Positions 52,446 through 62,634 are shown, numbered from the stretch's first letter. The stretch is 64,000 nucleotides of DNA from Leptolyngbya sp. BL-A-14 (GCA_041937185.1 CP166621.1:2068571-2132570); one strand, 5' to 3'. Numbers and translations: made by a program. The notes: generated by a model not told the origin, from the sequence alone.

Positions 52446-53843
52446 TTATACCGCTCTTGAGAAGTTGGATGTTGTGTTTTGCTTGAAGTAAGCATCAAAC
52501 GCCGAAGCAATATTGCGAATCAGCAACCGCCCGGCAGGCGTCACTTCAATGTGATTCGGGGAATGCCTGATTAACCCATCCACTTCTAAGCGACGCAGTT
52601 GGAATTTTTCAGAGGCAAAATACGTTTCAAAATCCAGATCAAAGCCAAGGTGGTATTTTTCTTCCACATCCTGAGGAGAAAGCTGAAATTGACACATCAA
52701 TTCCATAATGACCGTGCGTCGAATGATGTCATCCTGGCTTAAGGTAACGCCTCGCTCGATCGGCAATTCATTGGCATCGATCGCTCGATAAAAATCTTTC
52801 AGGCGCTTATGATTTTGCACATAAACATCGTTCAGCATGCTAATCGAGGTCACACCAAAGCCGATCAAATCGGATTCTGGTTTCGTCGTATAACCCTGAA
52901 AGTTCCGGTGTAGCAGTCCTTCACGCTGGGCAATCGACAATTCATCCTCAGGTTTGGCAAAGTGATCCATGCCAATGTACTGATAGCCATGCTGGGTTAA
53001 CTCATCGATCGCCATTTGCAGAATCTTGAGTTTCTCAGCGGCTGAAGGTAAGGCCTCCTGGGGAATTCGCTTTTGGACTGGTTTGAGCCACGGCACATAG
53101 GCAAAGTTGAAGACGGCAATGCGATCGGGATCGAGTTGAAGCGTTTTGCGAATGGTGTCTCGGAACGTTTCTAGCGTTTGATAGGGAAGTCCATAAATCA
53201 AATCCACATTCACGCTTTCAAAGCCTGCATCCCGGCTCCACCGCATGACATCAAACAGCATGGATTCTGGCTGTACTCGATTGACCGCTTCCTGCACCTT
53301 CAAGTTAAAGTCCTGGATGCCAAAGCTAATCCGGTTAAAGCCCAGATTCTTTAACGAGGCAAGATAGTGTTGATCTAATGCTTTGGGATTGACCTCAATC
53401 GAAATTTCAGCGTTCGGATCAAAGCGAAAATGCTCGTGAATCGCTGTCCATAGCGTTTCAACCTGCTTCAGCGAAAGATAGTTCGGCGTGCCTCCGCCCC
53501 AGTGCAGTTGGTGAACGGTGCGATCGCCATCAATTAATTGAGCCATCTGCTGAATATGCCTGATCAGATAACTCAGGTAATGCTCAGCCAGTTCCTTACG
53601 CTGCGTAATGACCGTATTGCAACCGCAGAAATAACAGGCGCTGTCACAAAACGGAATATGGCAGTAGAGCGACAGAGGTGTTTTTTTATAATTACTGACC
53701 GCGATCGCCGCTCTAAAATCAATGTCTTCAAACTCTGGTTTTAACTCGGTCGCTGGGGGGTAGCTGGTGTAGCGCGGTACGGGCTGGTCGTATTGTTGCA
53801 GGAGTTGAGCGTCAAACTGCACAGTGGGCAACAGATGTTGCAT
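52446..53843 (-). CDS. hemN: Oxygen-independent coproporphyrinogen III oxidase
   Basis: Radical-SAM CxxxCxxC (CDSACYFCGC). HemN length and C-terminal domain. Confidence 0.9.
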   Translation of the reverse strand: MQHLLPTVQFDAQLLQQYDQPVPRYTSYPPATELKPEFEDIDFRAAIAVSNYKKTPLSLYCHIPFCDSACYFCGCNTVITQRKELAEHYLSYLIRHIQQMAQLIDGDRTVHQLHWGGGTPNYLSLKQVETLWTAIHEHFRFDPNAEISIEVNPKALDQHYLASLKNLGFNRISFGIQDFNLKVQEAVNRVQPESMLFDVMRWSRDAGFESVNVDLIYGLPYQTLETFRDTIRKTLQLDPDRIAVFNFAYVPWLKPVQKRIPQEALPSAAEKLKILQMAIDELTQHGYQYIGMDHFAKPEDELSIAQREGLLHRNFQGYTTKPESDLIGFGVTSISMLNDVYVQNHKRLKDFYRAIDANELPIERGVTLSQDDIIRRTVIMELMCQFQLSPQDVEEKYHLGFDLDFETYFASEKFQLRRLEVDGLIRHSPNHIEVTPAGRLLIRNIASAFDAYFKQNTTSNFSRAV

Positions 53844-54290
53844 GGTGTTCTCGGTGGTAAGGGTGGGAGTGAAGCGTGAGAAGTCAAGGAGGATGAGCTG
53901 GGAGGTGGTAGTCGCGCTGCAGTGGCATTGGGGATTAACCGCATGAAGCCGTTGAACCGCACTAGGGCGTGCTTTAAAACCTTCGGGTCGTTGCCTTGAC
54001 TCTTGGTGATCCCCCTAAATCCCCCTTAAAAAAGGGGACTTTGAATGGTTCAGTTCCCTCCTTTTTAAGGAGGGTTGGGGAGGATCAAGGGTTTTAAAAT
54101 ACAGCCTAGGGGGCAGGAGTCACGCAAGAGTGTTCCAGCCAAATGAAGTGGACTGTCCTTCTGAAAGCCATTTGGTTTGAGTTTCTGGAGGAAAGACTGT
54201 GGCCAGTGGCATCGTGCGATCGTCGCTGTAGCGTAAAGAGCTACTGGTCAGAACGGTGCCAGATCTGAGCGCGTCCACGCTCCCATTGTT

Positions 54291-55046
54291 CTAAATGCTG
54301 TACTCAATGGCAGGTGCTTTGGCAACGCCGTGCGGAGGACGCTCAGTCGCGCCAGGAATTTCCTGACGGGTGAGTAGATCAAACACGTGGTCACCAATAA
54401 GCGCTTTCACGTCTGGTTCCAGATCATGCATCACATCCCGGTTGAGACGGAAGGCATCGTTTGCTTCATCCACAATGTGCTGAATGTCTAGGTCATTCAA
54501 GGGCAATGCGTTCAAGGCATCCCGGTATTTTTCCTTGAAGGCACGTTTAGCTTCCACCGTTGGTAGTTGCTCAAATTCGTGCAGTGCCGTGCCTTGATCG
54601 GGCGGCAACTTTAAAGCAGACCGGATAATGTTTTTTAATGCTTGCCCACCCGAGAGATCGCCCATATAACGGGTGTAGGCATGGGCAATCAACAGGATGG
54701 GTTCGGTGTTGGCAACGGTGTGGATGCGATCGACATAGACCTGCCCTGCCGGTAAAGCCACAATTTCCTCCCGCCAGCGATCGCCATAATAGAAGGCCAG
54801 ATCGCGTTCGAGATTAGCAGCGCGGTAAATTTCGGGAAACACAATGGGAGCAATGGCCGGATGCTCACTGTGCCGCTGTAGTTCTGTTTCTAACGCGCTG
54901 TAGACCAGGTATAAATTTGCAAGCAGTTTGCGGAAGGGTTCCCGTTCTACAATGCCTTTGAGAAAACATTTCATGAAAGCGGTGTTTTCAGCAGCGGTAT
55001 GGGAATGCTTGGTGCCTTCACGAAGGCGGGTTGCTAAAGTACTCAT
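54291..55046 (-). CDS. Heme oxygenase (ho2-type, in the low-oxygen cluster)
   Basis: MSTLATRLREGTKHSHTAAEN proximal-His helix typical of HO. Confidence 0.85.
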   Translation of the reverse strand: MSTLATRLREGTKHSHTAAENTAFMKCFLKGIVEREPFRKLLANLYLVYSALETELQRHSEHPAIAPIVFPEIYRAANLERDLAFYYGDRWREEIVALPAGQVYVDRIHTVANTEPILLIAHAYTRYMGDLSGGQALKNIIRSALKLPPDQGTALHEFEQLPTVEAKRAFKEKYRDALNALPLNDLDIQHIVDEANDAFRLNRDVMHDLEPDVKALIGDHVFDLLTRQEIPGATERPPHGVAKAPAIEYSI

Positions 55047-55056
55047 GGCAATCTTC

Positions 55057-56130
55057 CTATTTTATGGCGGTTCTAGCTTGTTCGGCGTTAATCGAGGGCA
55101 GGAAATAAAGGCGCAACAACTGCCACCCGATCACAGCGAGCCAGGGCAGTTTTTGCAAAAATTGGATGGGTTTGGGACGCTTCGCCTGAGAAATTTCGTC
55201 TAATTTTTGATTGGCGATCGCGCAGCGCTCTAACCGCGAGAAAAATTCAGGATGCTCGGTATCCATGACGCTGGGGAACGCTCGCACAGAGGTTGCATTG
55301 GTCTGGCGAATGACTTCTTCGTTATAGGCGCGTGGATCAATGCCCAACGATTGGTAGAAGGTAGAGCGTTCCAGTACGGTCAGCGTATGCGTTGCAAAGA
55401 CCGTGAGCAAAAAGAAACGCGCCCAGAGTCTCGACTGCCAGGTGTTCCACAGCTTGGGTTGCGATCGCAGCAGCACCTTGAAGAAATCGCCATGCCGATT
55501 TTCGTCCTGACACCAGTTCTCAAAATAGCGGAACAGTGGGTAATAACGGTTTTCTGGATGCTGCTCAAGATGGCGGAAGACGAGAATGTAGCGCCAGTAG
55601 CCAATCTTCTCAGACAGGTAAACGGTGTAAATAACCCATTCTGGCGGGAAAAAGGTATAGGTCCGATGTTTGGTTAAGTAGCCCAGGTCGAGGGATAACC
55701 CAAAGTCGGCCATCGCCTTATTCAAAAAGCCTGCATGACGGGCTTCATCTCGCGCCAGCAAGCTAAAGGCTTCGGATAACACGGGATTGCGGTCTTTGAG
55801 CTTGCGGGAGAGTTCTTTGAAGAGCAGAAACCCCGAAAATTCTGATGTGCAAGACCGTTCTAGAAAGTCAATGAACGATCGCCGAGTTTCCCCATCAATG
55901 TGCTCCCAGCATTGCTCAAACTCTTGATTACGGACAAAATGATGGCGGTTATAGTCAGCTCGCAATTCTGCTAAAACGGCTTCTATTTCATCCGCTTGCC
56001 CCGATAAATCCATCTGAGCAACGGCATCGAAATCAGTGGTGTAAAAGCGAGGGGTTAAGAGCGTTTCTTGAACGGGTGATTTTATACCTGGACGCATCCC
56101 GGACTCAGTCGCGGGCGTTGAACTGACCAT
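55057..56130 (-). CDS. acsF: Mg-protoporphyrin IX monomethyl ester oxidative cyclase (AcsF/ChlA, chlAII-type copy)
   Basis: Di-iron carboxylate motifs (EFSGFLLFKE...ARDEARHAGF; DENRHGDF). 357 aa. Confidence 0.9.
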   Translation of the reverse strand: MVSSTPATESGMRPGIKSPVQETLLTPRFYTTDFDAVAQMDLSGQADEIEAVLAELRADYNRHHFVRNQEFEQCWEHIDGETRRSFIDFLERSCTSEFSGFLLFKELSRKLKDRNPVLSEAFSLLARDEARHAGFLNKAMADFGLSLDLGYLTKHRTYTFFPPEWVIYTVYLSEKIGYWRYILVFRHLEQHPENRYYPLFRYFENWCQDENRHGDFFKVLLRSQPKLWNTWQSRLWARFFLLTVFATHTLTVLERSTFYQSLGIDPRAYNEEVIRQTNATSVRAFPSVMDTEHPEFFSRLERCAIANQKLDEISQAKRPKPIQFLQKLPWLAVIGWQLLRLYFLPSINAEQARTAIK

Positions 56131-56376
56131 AGGATTGATGCTTCTAATCGTGACTGAGCAACATCTTTCCGCGAATCGTCAAACCTCCGCAAGACAGTTA
56201 CCATCGCTGCGCTATAGTTACCGCAAGTAAAGCATTAGTACGCTGTCTGGCTTTGAGGCAGTTCTAAAGAAATAATATTTTTTGTTAGCACTGGCTAGAA
56301 GGGCAGGCAAAACGCCTAGAATGCTGGTAGCAGCGCAGTTTTCCAAGTCGCTTTCTCCTGCTAGAAGATCTGACCG

Positions 56377-56742
56377 ATGCTAGAAACGAATCCGTGTATT
56401 GAGGCTCAATGTCCGATCCAGTTCGTATTAGATGTTCTGGGCAACAAGTGGTCCATTCTCGTTTTGCGGGAGCTTTTTGGGGGCGATCGACGAACGCATG
56501 AACTGCTCACCGCACTACCAGGCATTAGCACCAAAACGTTGACTCAGCGACTTCGATCGTTAGAGGCACAAGGGCTGGTTGAACGTCATATCTATGCAGA
56601 AATTCCGCCTCGCGTGGAGTACGCCCTTACGCCAAAGGGTCGTCAGATCAAGCCTGTGATGGCGGCGCTGCACGAAGTCGGTTCGCAGTGGCTAGAGCAA
56701 GATCCGTGTGTTTGCCCCTTAAATCTCGTGGAACAACCGTAG
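56377..56742 (+). CDS. HxlR-family winged-helix transcriptional regulator (divergent from acsF)
   Basis: CPIQFVLDVLGNKWSILVL signature of HxlR/DUF24. Confidence 0.8.
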   Translation: MLETNPCIEAQCPIQFVLDVLGNKWSILVLRELFGGDRRTHELLTALPGISTKTLTQRLRSLEAQGLVERHIYAEIPPRVEYALTPKGRQIKPVMAALHEVGSQWLEQDPCVCPLNLVEQP

Positions 56743-56993
56743 GCTTTCAGGTTCAGAATGGTGCAAGTTGTTTCTTTTTGATCGCCGCGATCGCCTTACA
56801 ATCATTGAGCAAGCGGTTAGGATCACAGATTAAATAAAATCGAATATTCTGGCTGTACGGGCGAAGCATTCGGCACTTAACGCCGCCTGAGTTGCAAGGT
56901 TTTTGCCCGTAGCTTGCTTCCCGCAGGGTACGCTTCGCCCCTACCAAAGCTTATTGACTTCTCATTCCTTAATGCCTCAAACACTCTGCTTCC

Positions 56994-57773
56994 ATGTGCC
57001 AACTGCTCGGAATGAACTGCAATACACCAACCGACATCTGTTTTTCCTTTGAGGGGTTTTCAGCACGAGGAGGAAAAACAGACGAACACCGGGACGGGTG
57101 GGGCATTGCGTTTTTTGAAGGGGTTGGGTGCCGTATTTTTCTCGATGAGAAATCGTCGTTCACCTCCCCTGTGGCGGATTTAGTCCGGCGTTATCCCATT
57201 AAATCAACCCATGTCATCGCGCATATCCGTAAAGCGACCTTCGGTGCAGTGGCGCTAGAAAACTGCCATCCCTTTCAGCGAGAACTTTGGGGCCGCTACT
57301 GGATCTTTGCTCACAACGGCGATTTACCGGACTTCTACCCAGAGAATGCTGGCTTTTATACACCTGTAGGTCAAACCGATAGCGAGCGAGCGTTTTGCTT
57401 ACTGTTGAATACCCTGCGGCAAACCTTCCCTAATGGCAAACCACCGCTGCAAGACCTTTACCCGGTGCTGCAAGCAGTAACACGCACCATTGCCGCCAAA
57501 GGCAGCTTCAATTACTTATTATCGGATGGGGAGCATTTTTTTGCCCACTGCTCTACCAAGCTTTGCTACATTGTGCGCCAGGCTCCCTTTGCAGCGGCTC
57601 ACCTCATCGATGCGGATCTCACGGTAGATTTTCAGGAATTGACGACTCCGCGCGATCGCGTCGCTCTCATTACCACTGCACCCTTAACAGATAATGAAGT
57701 CTGGACAGCGATTGAACCCGGAGAGCTACTGGTTTTTCATGATGGATTGCCCCTAAAACCTCCGAGGTTTTGA
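56994..57773 (+). CDS. Class II (Ntn) glutamine amidotransferase, YafJ-type
   Basis: N-terminal MCQLLGMNCNTPTD with the catalytic Cys2 after Met. Confidence 0.8.
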   Translation: MCQLLGMNCNTPTDICFSFEGFSARGGKTDEHRDGWGIAFFEGVGCRIFLDEKSSFTSPVADLVRRYPIKSTHVIAHIRKATFGAVALENCHPFQRELWGRYWIFAHNGDLPDFYPENAGFYTPVGQTDSERAFCLLLNTLRQTFPNGKPPLQDLYPVLQAVTRTIAAKGSFNYLLSDGEHFFAHCSTKLCYIVRQAPFAAAHLIDADLTVDFQELTTPRDRVALITTAPLTDNEVWTAIEPGELLVFHDGLPLKPPRF

Positions 57774-57853
57774 ATGCCCCGGAGGTTTGAACGTTTTCAC
57801 TCTCGATGCGTGACAAAATAAATGCGCCTCACTCAATGGAAACTTCTAGAAAC

Positions 57854-58069
57854 CTACCTTAAAAGCGCTTTCACCAATTTAGGGTGGAGTTGCTCAGGGG
57901 TAAAGGCCGGTTCATTCGGCGGGTAGAGTTCTTCTTCAGCAAAGGCAAACCCATACGCACTGCTCAAGGCCACTAATTCTTTAGCCCGTTCACAGGCTTT
58001 TAGCTTGTCTTGTAATTCCGCGTCTGTTTTAGCCTTCTGGGCAAAAGAGATGATTTGACTGATAGACAT
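57854..58069 (-). CDS. Nif11-domain small protein
   Basis: QIISFAQKAKTDAELQDKLKA...ELVALSSAYGF resembles the Nif11 N-terminal leader-type domain. Confidence 0.5.
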   Translation of the reverse strand: MSISQIISFAQKAKTDAELQDKLKACERAKELVALSSAYGFAFAEEELYPPNEPAFTPEQLHPKLVKALLR

Positions 58070-58852
58070 AGGACACGTCCTGGTTTAAGTTCTCCAAAAA
58101 AAGTGAAAAGCAAACTGCTTTCATTTGAATTTTACGGATAACTATCCATGCTATTGCAAGCTCCTCCATGAAAACCTTGTTAGCGTTGTTTTGATGCTTC
58201 TTCACACTTTGAGTCATATTGCTTCAAGCTATGAGACCGCTGAAAGATGTTTTGTACTTTCAAAATTGCTTTGAGACGGGGATTCTAGCCATAGTTAATC
58301 GATAACGTTGCGATCTCGCTTCAGGGTTAAGCTCAGATGATCGGAGATTGATAAAAATTGCAAATGTTATTAAATACCCACAAAGAAATTGAAGATGGAA
58401 GCGCAGTTCTTTCAATCAGACCGCTAAAAGGTTGAAAAGTTCGGAGGTTGAGCGCACAATTTAGTCCACCATCAGGAGCAATCGCGTCGAATTAAGCCGC
58501 ACGTACCAGGGCAAGGGCTGCTCTTTGATGGTTTGCCATGTCTCCTTAAACACTTTTGCCTGGGCATGGTAATCCTGTGCTTCTACAGGACTTGCATTAA
58601 ATTTGAGAAACAGCGTGATCCGGTGTAGTGATTCGTTCGATGAGAGAACCATTCCTGTCGCAATTGGACTGCGAACGGTTTTAGTGCGGTCATCAGCTTT
58701 ATCCCAAGCGAATCAAACAAATGAATTGACTATGCCACCAGGCAATGCACAACGCTTTCCATTGAAAGAGCCTGTTCAGCAATAGTTTTCTGTGTGCGTT
58801 ACTCTGCGATCGATCGCGCTTGCATCCTCTAACCTACCTCTAAAAACATGGA

Positions 58853-59263
58853 TTAGAGGATAATGGCCTGACTGCGCGGACACGTCTGTAAATCTTGCCC
58901 TGTATCAATTGATTGAAGACCAATCCAGGCATCAATCGCTAACATCTCAAAGCCTACCGATCGTCGATCGCCAACCTGCATGAGAGGACGGCGAATGAGC
59001 AGTGGGTTTTGCACCATCAACCGTAAAGCTGTTTCTGCCTGTACGACTTCAGGAATGATGTCCCCTGTTTTGATCGCAGGTGCCGATCGATTGAACCAGT
59101 CTGCCACGGGAAGCGAGCCAAAAAAGGGGCGGAGGCTTTCTGCTGTCCAGGGTTCAGTCAGTAAATTGTGTGCCTGCACGTCATGGCCTGCGGCCTTTAG
59201 CACCGCTTTTTGCTTAGTGTTATTAATGCAGCCCGGCTTTTCATAAAAAAGAACAGTAGCCAT
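58853..59263 (-). CDS. ArsC/Spx-family protein (nitrogenase-associated ArsC-like type)
   Basis: VLFYEKPGCINNTKQKAVLKAAGH thioredoxin-like N-terminus of the ArsC family. Confidence 0.6.
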   Translation of the reverse strand: MATVLFYEKPGCINNTKQKAVLKAAGHDVQAHNLLTEPWTAESLRPFFGSLPVADWFNRSAPAIKTGDIIPEVVQAETALRLMVQNPLLIRRPLMQVGDRRSVGFEMLAIDAWIGLQSIDTGQDLQTCPRSQAIIL

Positions 59264-59329
59264 AGGATTTCCTGTGAAATAAGAGCATGCCTACCGATTG
59301 GTTCTTAGAGCCAATCCAGGGAAAGGTCG

Positions 59330-59680
59330 CTAATCAGGCGTTGAAGTGGGTAAGAGACGATGAAGTTCCAGCCAAAATCGGGGGGCTTCCTGTTTCAATT
59401 TCGACTTTGGATCACGGAGCAGACGCACCACATTAATGCAAACAGGTTCTGCCAGCCCCATATAACGAGAGATATGTCTGAACGCATCCTTTTGGTCAGA
59501 GACGGCTTGAAACAGGGTCTCAGGGCAGTAGAGAGCGATGTAATCCAGTCGTCGAGGTGGATGTCCCCAATGGGCTGTAACCAGCTTGATGTGACACTGA
59601 TGCAACAAAGCGCCCGCTTGAGGATAGGTACGCTCGACCAGCGTTGTAAATTCTTGCAATAAATGGGATTCCGTTAGCAT
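59330..59680 (-). CDS. Hypothetical protein
   Basis: 116-aa ORF. No motif. Confidence 0.35.
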   Translation of the reverse strand: MLTESHLLQEFTTLVERTYPQAGALLHQCHIKLVTAHWGHPPRRLDYIALYCPETLFQAVSDQKDAFRHISRYMGLAEPVCINVVRLLRDPKSKLKQEAPRFWLELHRLLPTSTPD

Positions 59681-60206
59681 GATGGGGGAGAGCCGTTGAA
59701 GGGATCATTGGAGCGATGGCAGCAAGCTTGAAGGGTGGGAAGCGGGCAGAAGAAAGCGTTCATCACCTCTGCACCGAGCTTCTCCGCAGTTCAAACGAGA
59801 TGAAAGGCTGCACCCATTTCCAAAGACGTCGTTTGTCAAAAACGCTTTGAATCAAACCATCTCATCAGTTGTTACCCAGTCACTGCAAGCATCTCGCGGT
59901 CGATCGTGGGGTGATGGCAATCCAGACACTCATACACACGCTTGAGCAAAGACTGTACTACCAACTTTGTTTGTACCACATCACTTTAAATTGAGTAGAA
60001 TTTAGCGGCTTTGCTTAAACCTAATTAGGGATGTACTCAACCCTCAAACATTAGATGCAGCGATGGTTTAAAGTTCAATATCAGGGGGAGGGACAGGTAT
60101 TTTAGGGGGGAGGGACAGGTATTTTCTGTGAATTAAACGCAAATATGTGAAATGAAATTCACAGACGTAATATTGATATCAGTTGAGATGGGTTTATCTT
60201 GATAAT

Positions 60207-61349
60207 CTCAGTACAGGACAAAAAGCTTGAAAAGAGGAGCAGGGTAGGGTTTCATCAGAATTACCACACTCTTGAGAAACCCTATGAGTCAATATAGCGA
60301 ATTAAAGCAAGTCCTCCAAGCGCAATTAAATTGGCATGGTGCGAGGCTTTCCTTTCTGGCGTTGTTCCTGTTAGCGCTGCTGAAAGTCAAAACGGTGAAC
60401 TTGAGCGAACTGTGTTTAGGTTTTGGTGGAAAGGCGTTGCCCGAATCAAGCTACAAACGGTTGCAGCGGTTTTTTCGAGCATTTGACCTCGATTACCCAC
60501 AACTGGCTAACCTCGTGGTGAGTTGGATGCAAATTCCAAGTGGCTGGGTCTTGAGCCTGGATCGCACGACCTGGAAATTTGGCACTCACTGGTACAACAT
60601 TCTGACCTTAGGGATTGTGCATGAAGGGGTTGCCTTCCCCGTGCTGTGGTGGCTGCTGGACAAGCAAGGGCATGTCAATAGTGACGAGCGGATGCGGTTC
60701 ATGGAGACCTTTGCCAAACGGTTCCCCACGGCGGTCATCAACTACTTGTGTGCTGACCGAGAATTCATCGGGCAAGCCTGGGTGCGCTATCTCCTGCTTG
60801 AACCCGCCTTAGCCTTTCGCTTACGGATTCGCGGCACTGACCAGATTGAGCACGATGGCAAAGTGCTGGCGGCACGGGTCGTGTTTGCGCATTTGCAAGT
60901 GGGGCAAGCCCAGCACCTCACAGGCACTTGCCGGGTCTGGGGCTACCCAGTGGCAATCGAAGCGCTGCGCCTTGAGGATGGGGAGCTACTGGTGGTGATT
61001 GCGCCCGTCGGGGCGCAGGCTTTGGTCAAAGATTATGCCTTGCGCTGGGGCATCGAAACGTTGTTTGGCCTCTTCAAAACGCGCGGCTTCTGCTTGGAAT
61101 CCACTCACTTTACCGAGACTGAGCGCTTGAGTAAGTTGTTCGCTTTGTTGACCTTAGCTCTGTGTTGGGCGATGCGAACGGGTTTATGGTTGCAGCAATG
61201 GCAGCCCATTGCGCTTAAAAAACATGGTCGTCGTGCCAAAAGTTTGTTTCACTTCGGCCTCGATTTTTTGCGCCACTTAGTGCTCAATCCATCAGTGGCT
61301 AATAAGTCCGACTTTGTGCAATCCCTACAACTTTTGTCCTGTACTTAGC
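60207..61349 (+). mobile_element. IS4-family insertion sequence (1143 bp) with 9-bp target duplication CTTGATAAT
   Basis: 18/19-bp TIR CTCAGTACAGGACAAAAAG / CTAAGTACAGGACAAAAG. Identical 9-mers at 60198-60206 and 61350-61358 immediately flank the ends. Confidence 0.8.
60272..61348 (+). CDS. IS4-family DDE transposase
   Basis: C-terminal YALRWGIETLFGLFK motif typical of the IS4 group. Confidence 0.8.
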   Translation: MRNPMSQYSELKQVLQAQLNWHGARLSFLALFLLALLKVKTVNLSELCLGFGGKALPESSYKRLQRFFRAFDLDYPQLANLVVSWMQIPSGWVLSLDRTTWKFGTHWYNILTLGIVHEGVAFPVLWWLLDKQGHVNSDERMRFMETFAKRFPTAVINYLCADREFIGQAWVRYLLLEPALAFRLRIRGTDQIEHDGKVLAARVVFAHLQVGQAQHLTGTCRVWGYPVAIEALRLEDGELLVVIAPVGAQALVKDYALRWGIETLFGLFKTRGFCLESTHFTETERLSKLFALLTLALCWAMRTGLWLQQWQPIALKKHGRRAKSLFHFGLDFLRHLVLNPSVANKSDFVQSLQLLSCT

Positions 61350-61430
61350 TTGATAATATATTGATGCAGAATGAAAGCCAATCGGTACTTTCTCTCTCAA
61401 TCAAACAAGGAATTAACCAAGGAACCAAAT

Positions 61431-61640
61431 ATGGAAATCAGTGCACGCAATGCCCTTAAAGGAACCATCAAAGCGGTTGAAATTGGGGCAGTAAATACGG
61501 AAGTTACGTTGGAAGTTGCAGCAGGTGTTGAAATTACTGCCATTATTACCAAAGCTTCGGCAGAAAAATTAGGGTTGAGCGTTGGTAAAGAAGCCTACGC
61601 AATTGTTAAAGCCAGTGATGTCATGGTCGCGATCGACTAA
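61431..61640 (+). CDS. mop: Molybdenum-pterin-binding protein (Mop, single TOBE domain)
   Basis: MEISARNALKGTIKAVEIGAVNTEV...IVKASDVMVAID TOBE pattern. AAGGAA RBS. Confidence 0.75.
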   Translation: MEISARNALKGTIKAVEIGAVNTEVTLEVAAGVEITAIITKASAEKLGLSVGKEAYAIVKASDVMVAID

Positions 61641-61687
61641 GACAGCCGTAACCCTTCGATTGATACAAACGATCGAAGGGTTACTCG

Positions 61688-62368
61688 TCAACCTTTTTTA
61701 CGAGCCACAATATGGAAAAGATGCCAGTGCTTTTCTTCCCCGATCGCAGTGACACCGGGATGTTCTTCTTCCTCTAGCCATTCAATGTCAAAGGGATGTA
61801 AAAGCGCTTCAACCTGTTGACGGGTGTGATGGGAACGATTGGGATAAACAACCCAGGAATCCCGATCGCCAAACAACTGCCCACAGAAACGTCCACCGGT
61901 CGTTAGCGATTCCACAATGGTTTGCCATAAGCCTGGAAAGCTTGCAGGTGGGCAAAAGGGAAGGCAAAAGCTGGCATTAACAAGATCAACTGCAGGCGGC
62001 AACGTTAAGCCCTCAAAGCGCATCAATTGAGTTTGCAATTGCTCTCGCTGAAAATCAGGATGGTGAAGCTCCGGACGAGCCAGTAGCCGTTCAAACGCCT
62101 GTTCTTCTCCATCAATGGCTAAAGCGCGCCAGCCTCGACGTAACAGTTCTATCGTGTCGCGCCCATCGCCACATCCCAGATCAACCGACAGACGAGGGTA
62201 ATCTGGCGATCGCTCTGCATCAAAATTTGCCAATGCCTTCAGCAGTGTTTCACGGGGCGGGCGACCTTCCACTGCCTGGTAGTACGTCGCCCAATGTTGT
62301 CCAGACAGGTGCGAGTGAGTGGATGGAGTCATACTCAGGCAATCGCCAATGTAGCGTGAGTCTGGCAA
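61688..62368 (-). CDS. Class I SAM-dependent methyltransferase (TehB-like)
   Basis: [18 protein letters not shown] motif I. Confidence 0.7.
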   Translation of the reverse strand: MPDSRYIGDCLSMTPSTHSHLSGQHWATYYQAVEGRPPRETLLKALANFDAERSPDYPRLSVDLGCGDGRDTIELLRRGWRALAIDGEEQAFERLLARPELHHPDFQREQLQTQLMRFEGLTLPPAVDLVNASFCLPFCPPASFPGLWQTIVESLTTGGRFCGQLFGDRDSWVVYPNRSHHTRQQVEALLHPFDIEWLEEEEHPGVTAIGEEKHWHLFHIVARKKG

Positions 62369-62634
62369 TTCTTAGGACAGACTCTAGCACAGGCTTCACA
62401 ACCAATGCAATTATCCGCATTGGCGATCGTCATGACCTTACGCTCAAATTCTTCATCTTCGTCGTCTCCATCAACAAATTCGCCATCTTCATTCAGCGGG
62501 CGCAATGCCATTACCCCCTGCCCACAAGATTTCAAGCAGCGACCGCAGCCAATACAGCGCGCAATGTCGATCGCTTGCAAAAATTTGGGCGTCCAAACTT
62601 TGCCACCAAAGGTCAAGCCAGTAAATGTCGTCAT
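62335..62634 (-). CDS. fdxB: 2[4Fe-4S] ferredoxin, nif-type ferredoxin III (FdxB-like)
   Basis: WTPKF...[11 protein letters not shown] and [13 protein letters not shown] clusters, separated by an acidic insert. Confidence 0.65.
   Translation of the reverse strand: MTTFTGLTFGGKVWTPKFLQAIDIARCIGCGRCLKSCGQGVMALRPLNEDGEFVDGDDEDEEFERKVMTIANADNCIGCEACARVCPKNCQTHATLAIA

Noticed and set aside
57854-58069. Calling the Nif11-domain protein a RiPP precursor
   Set aside because: There is no GG cleavage motif, no Cys/Ser/Thr-rich core and no maturase gene nearby. It is kept only as a low-interest note.
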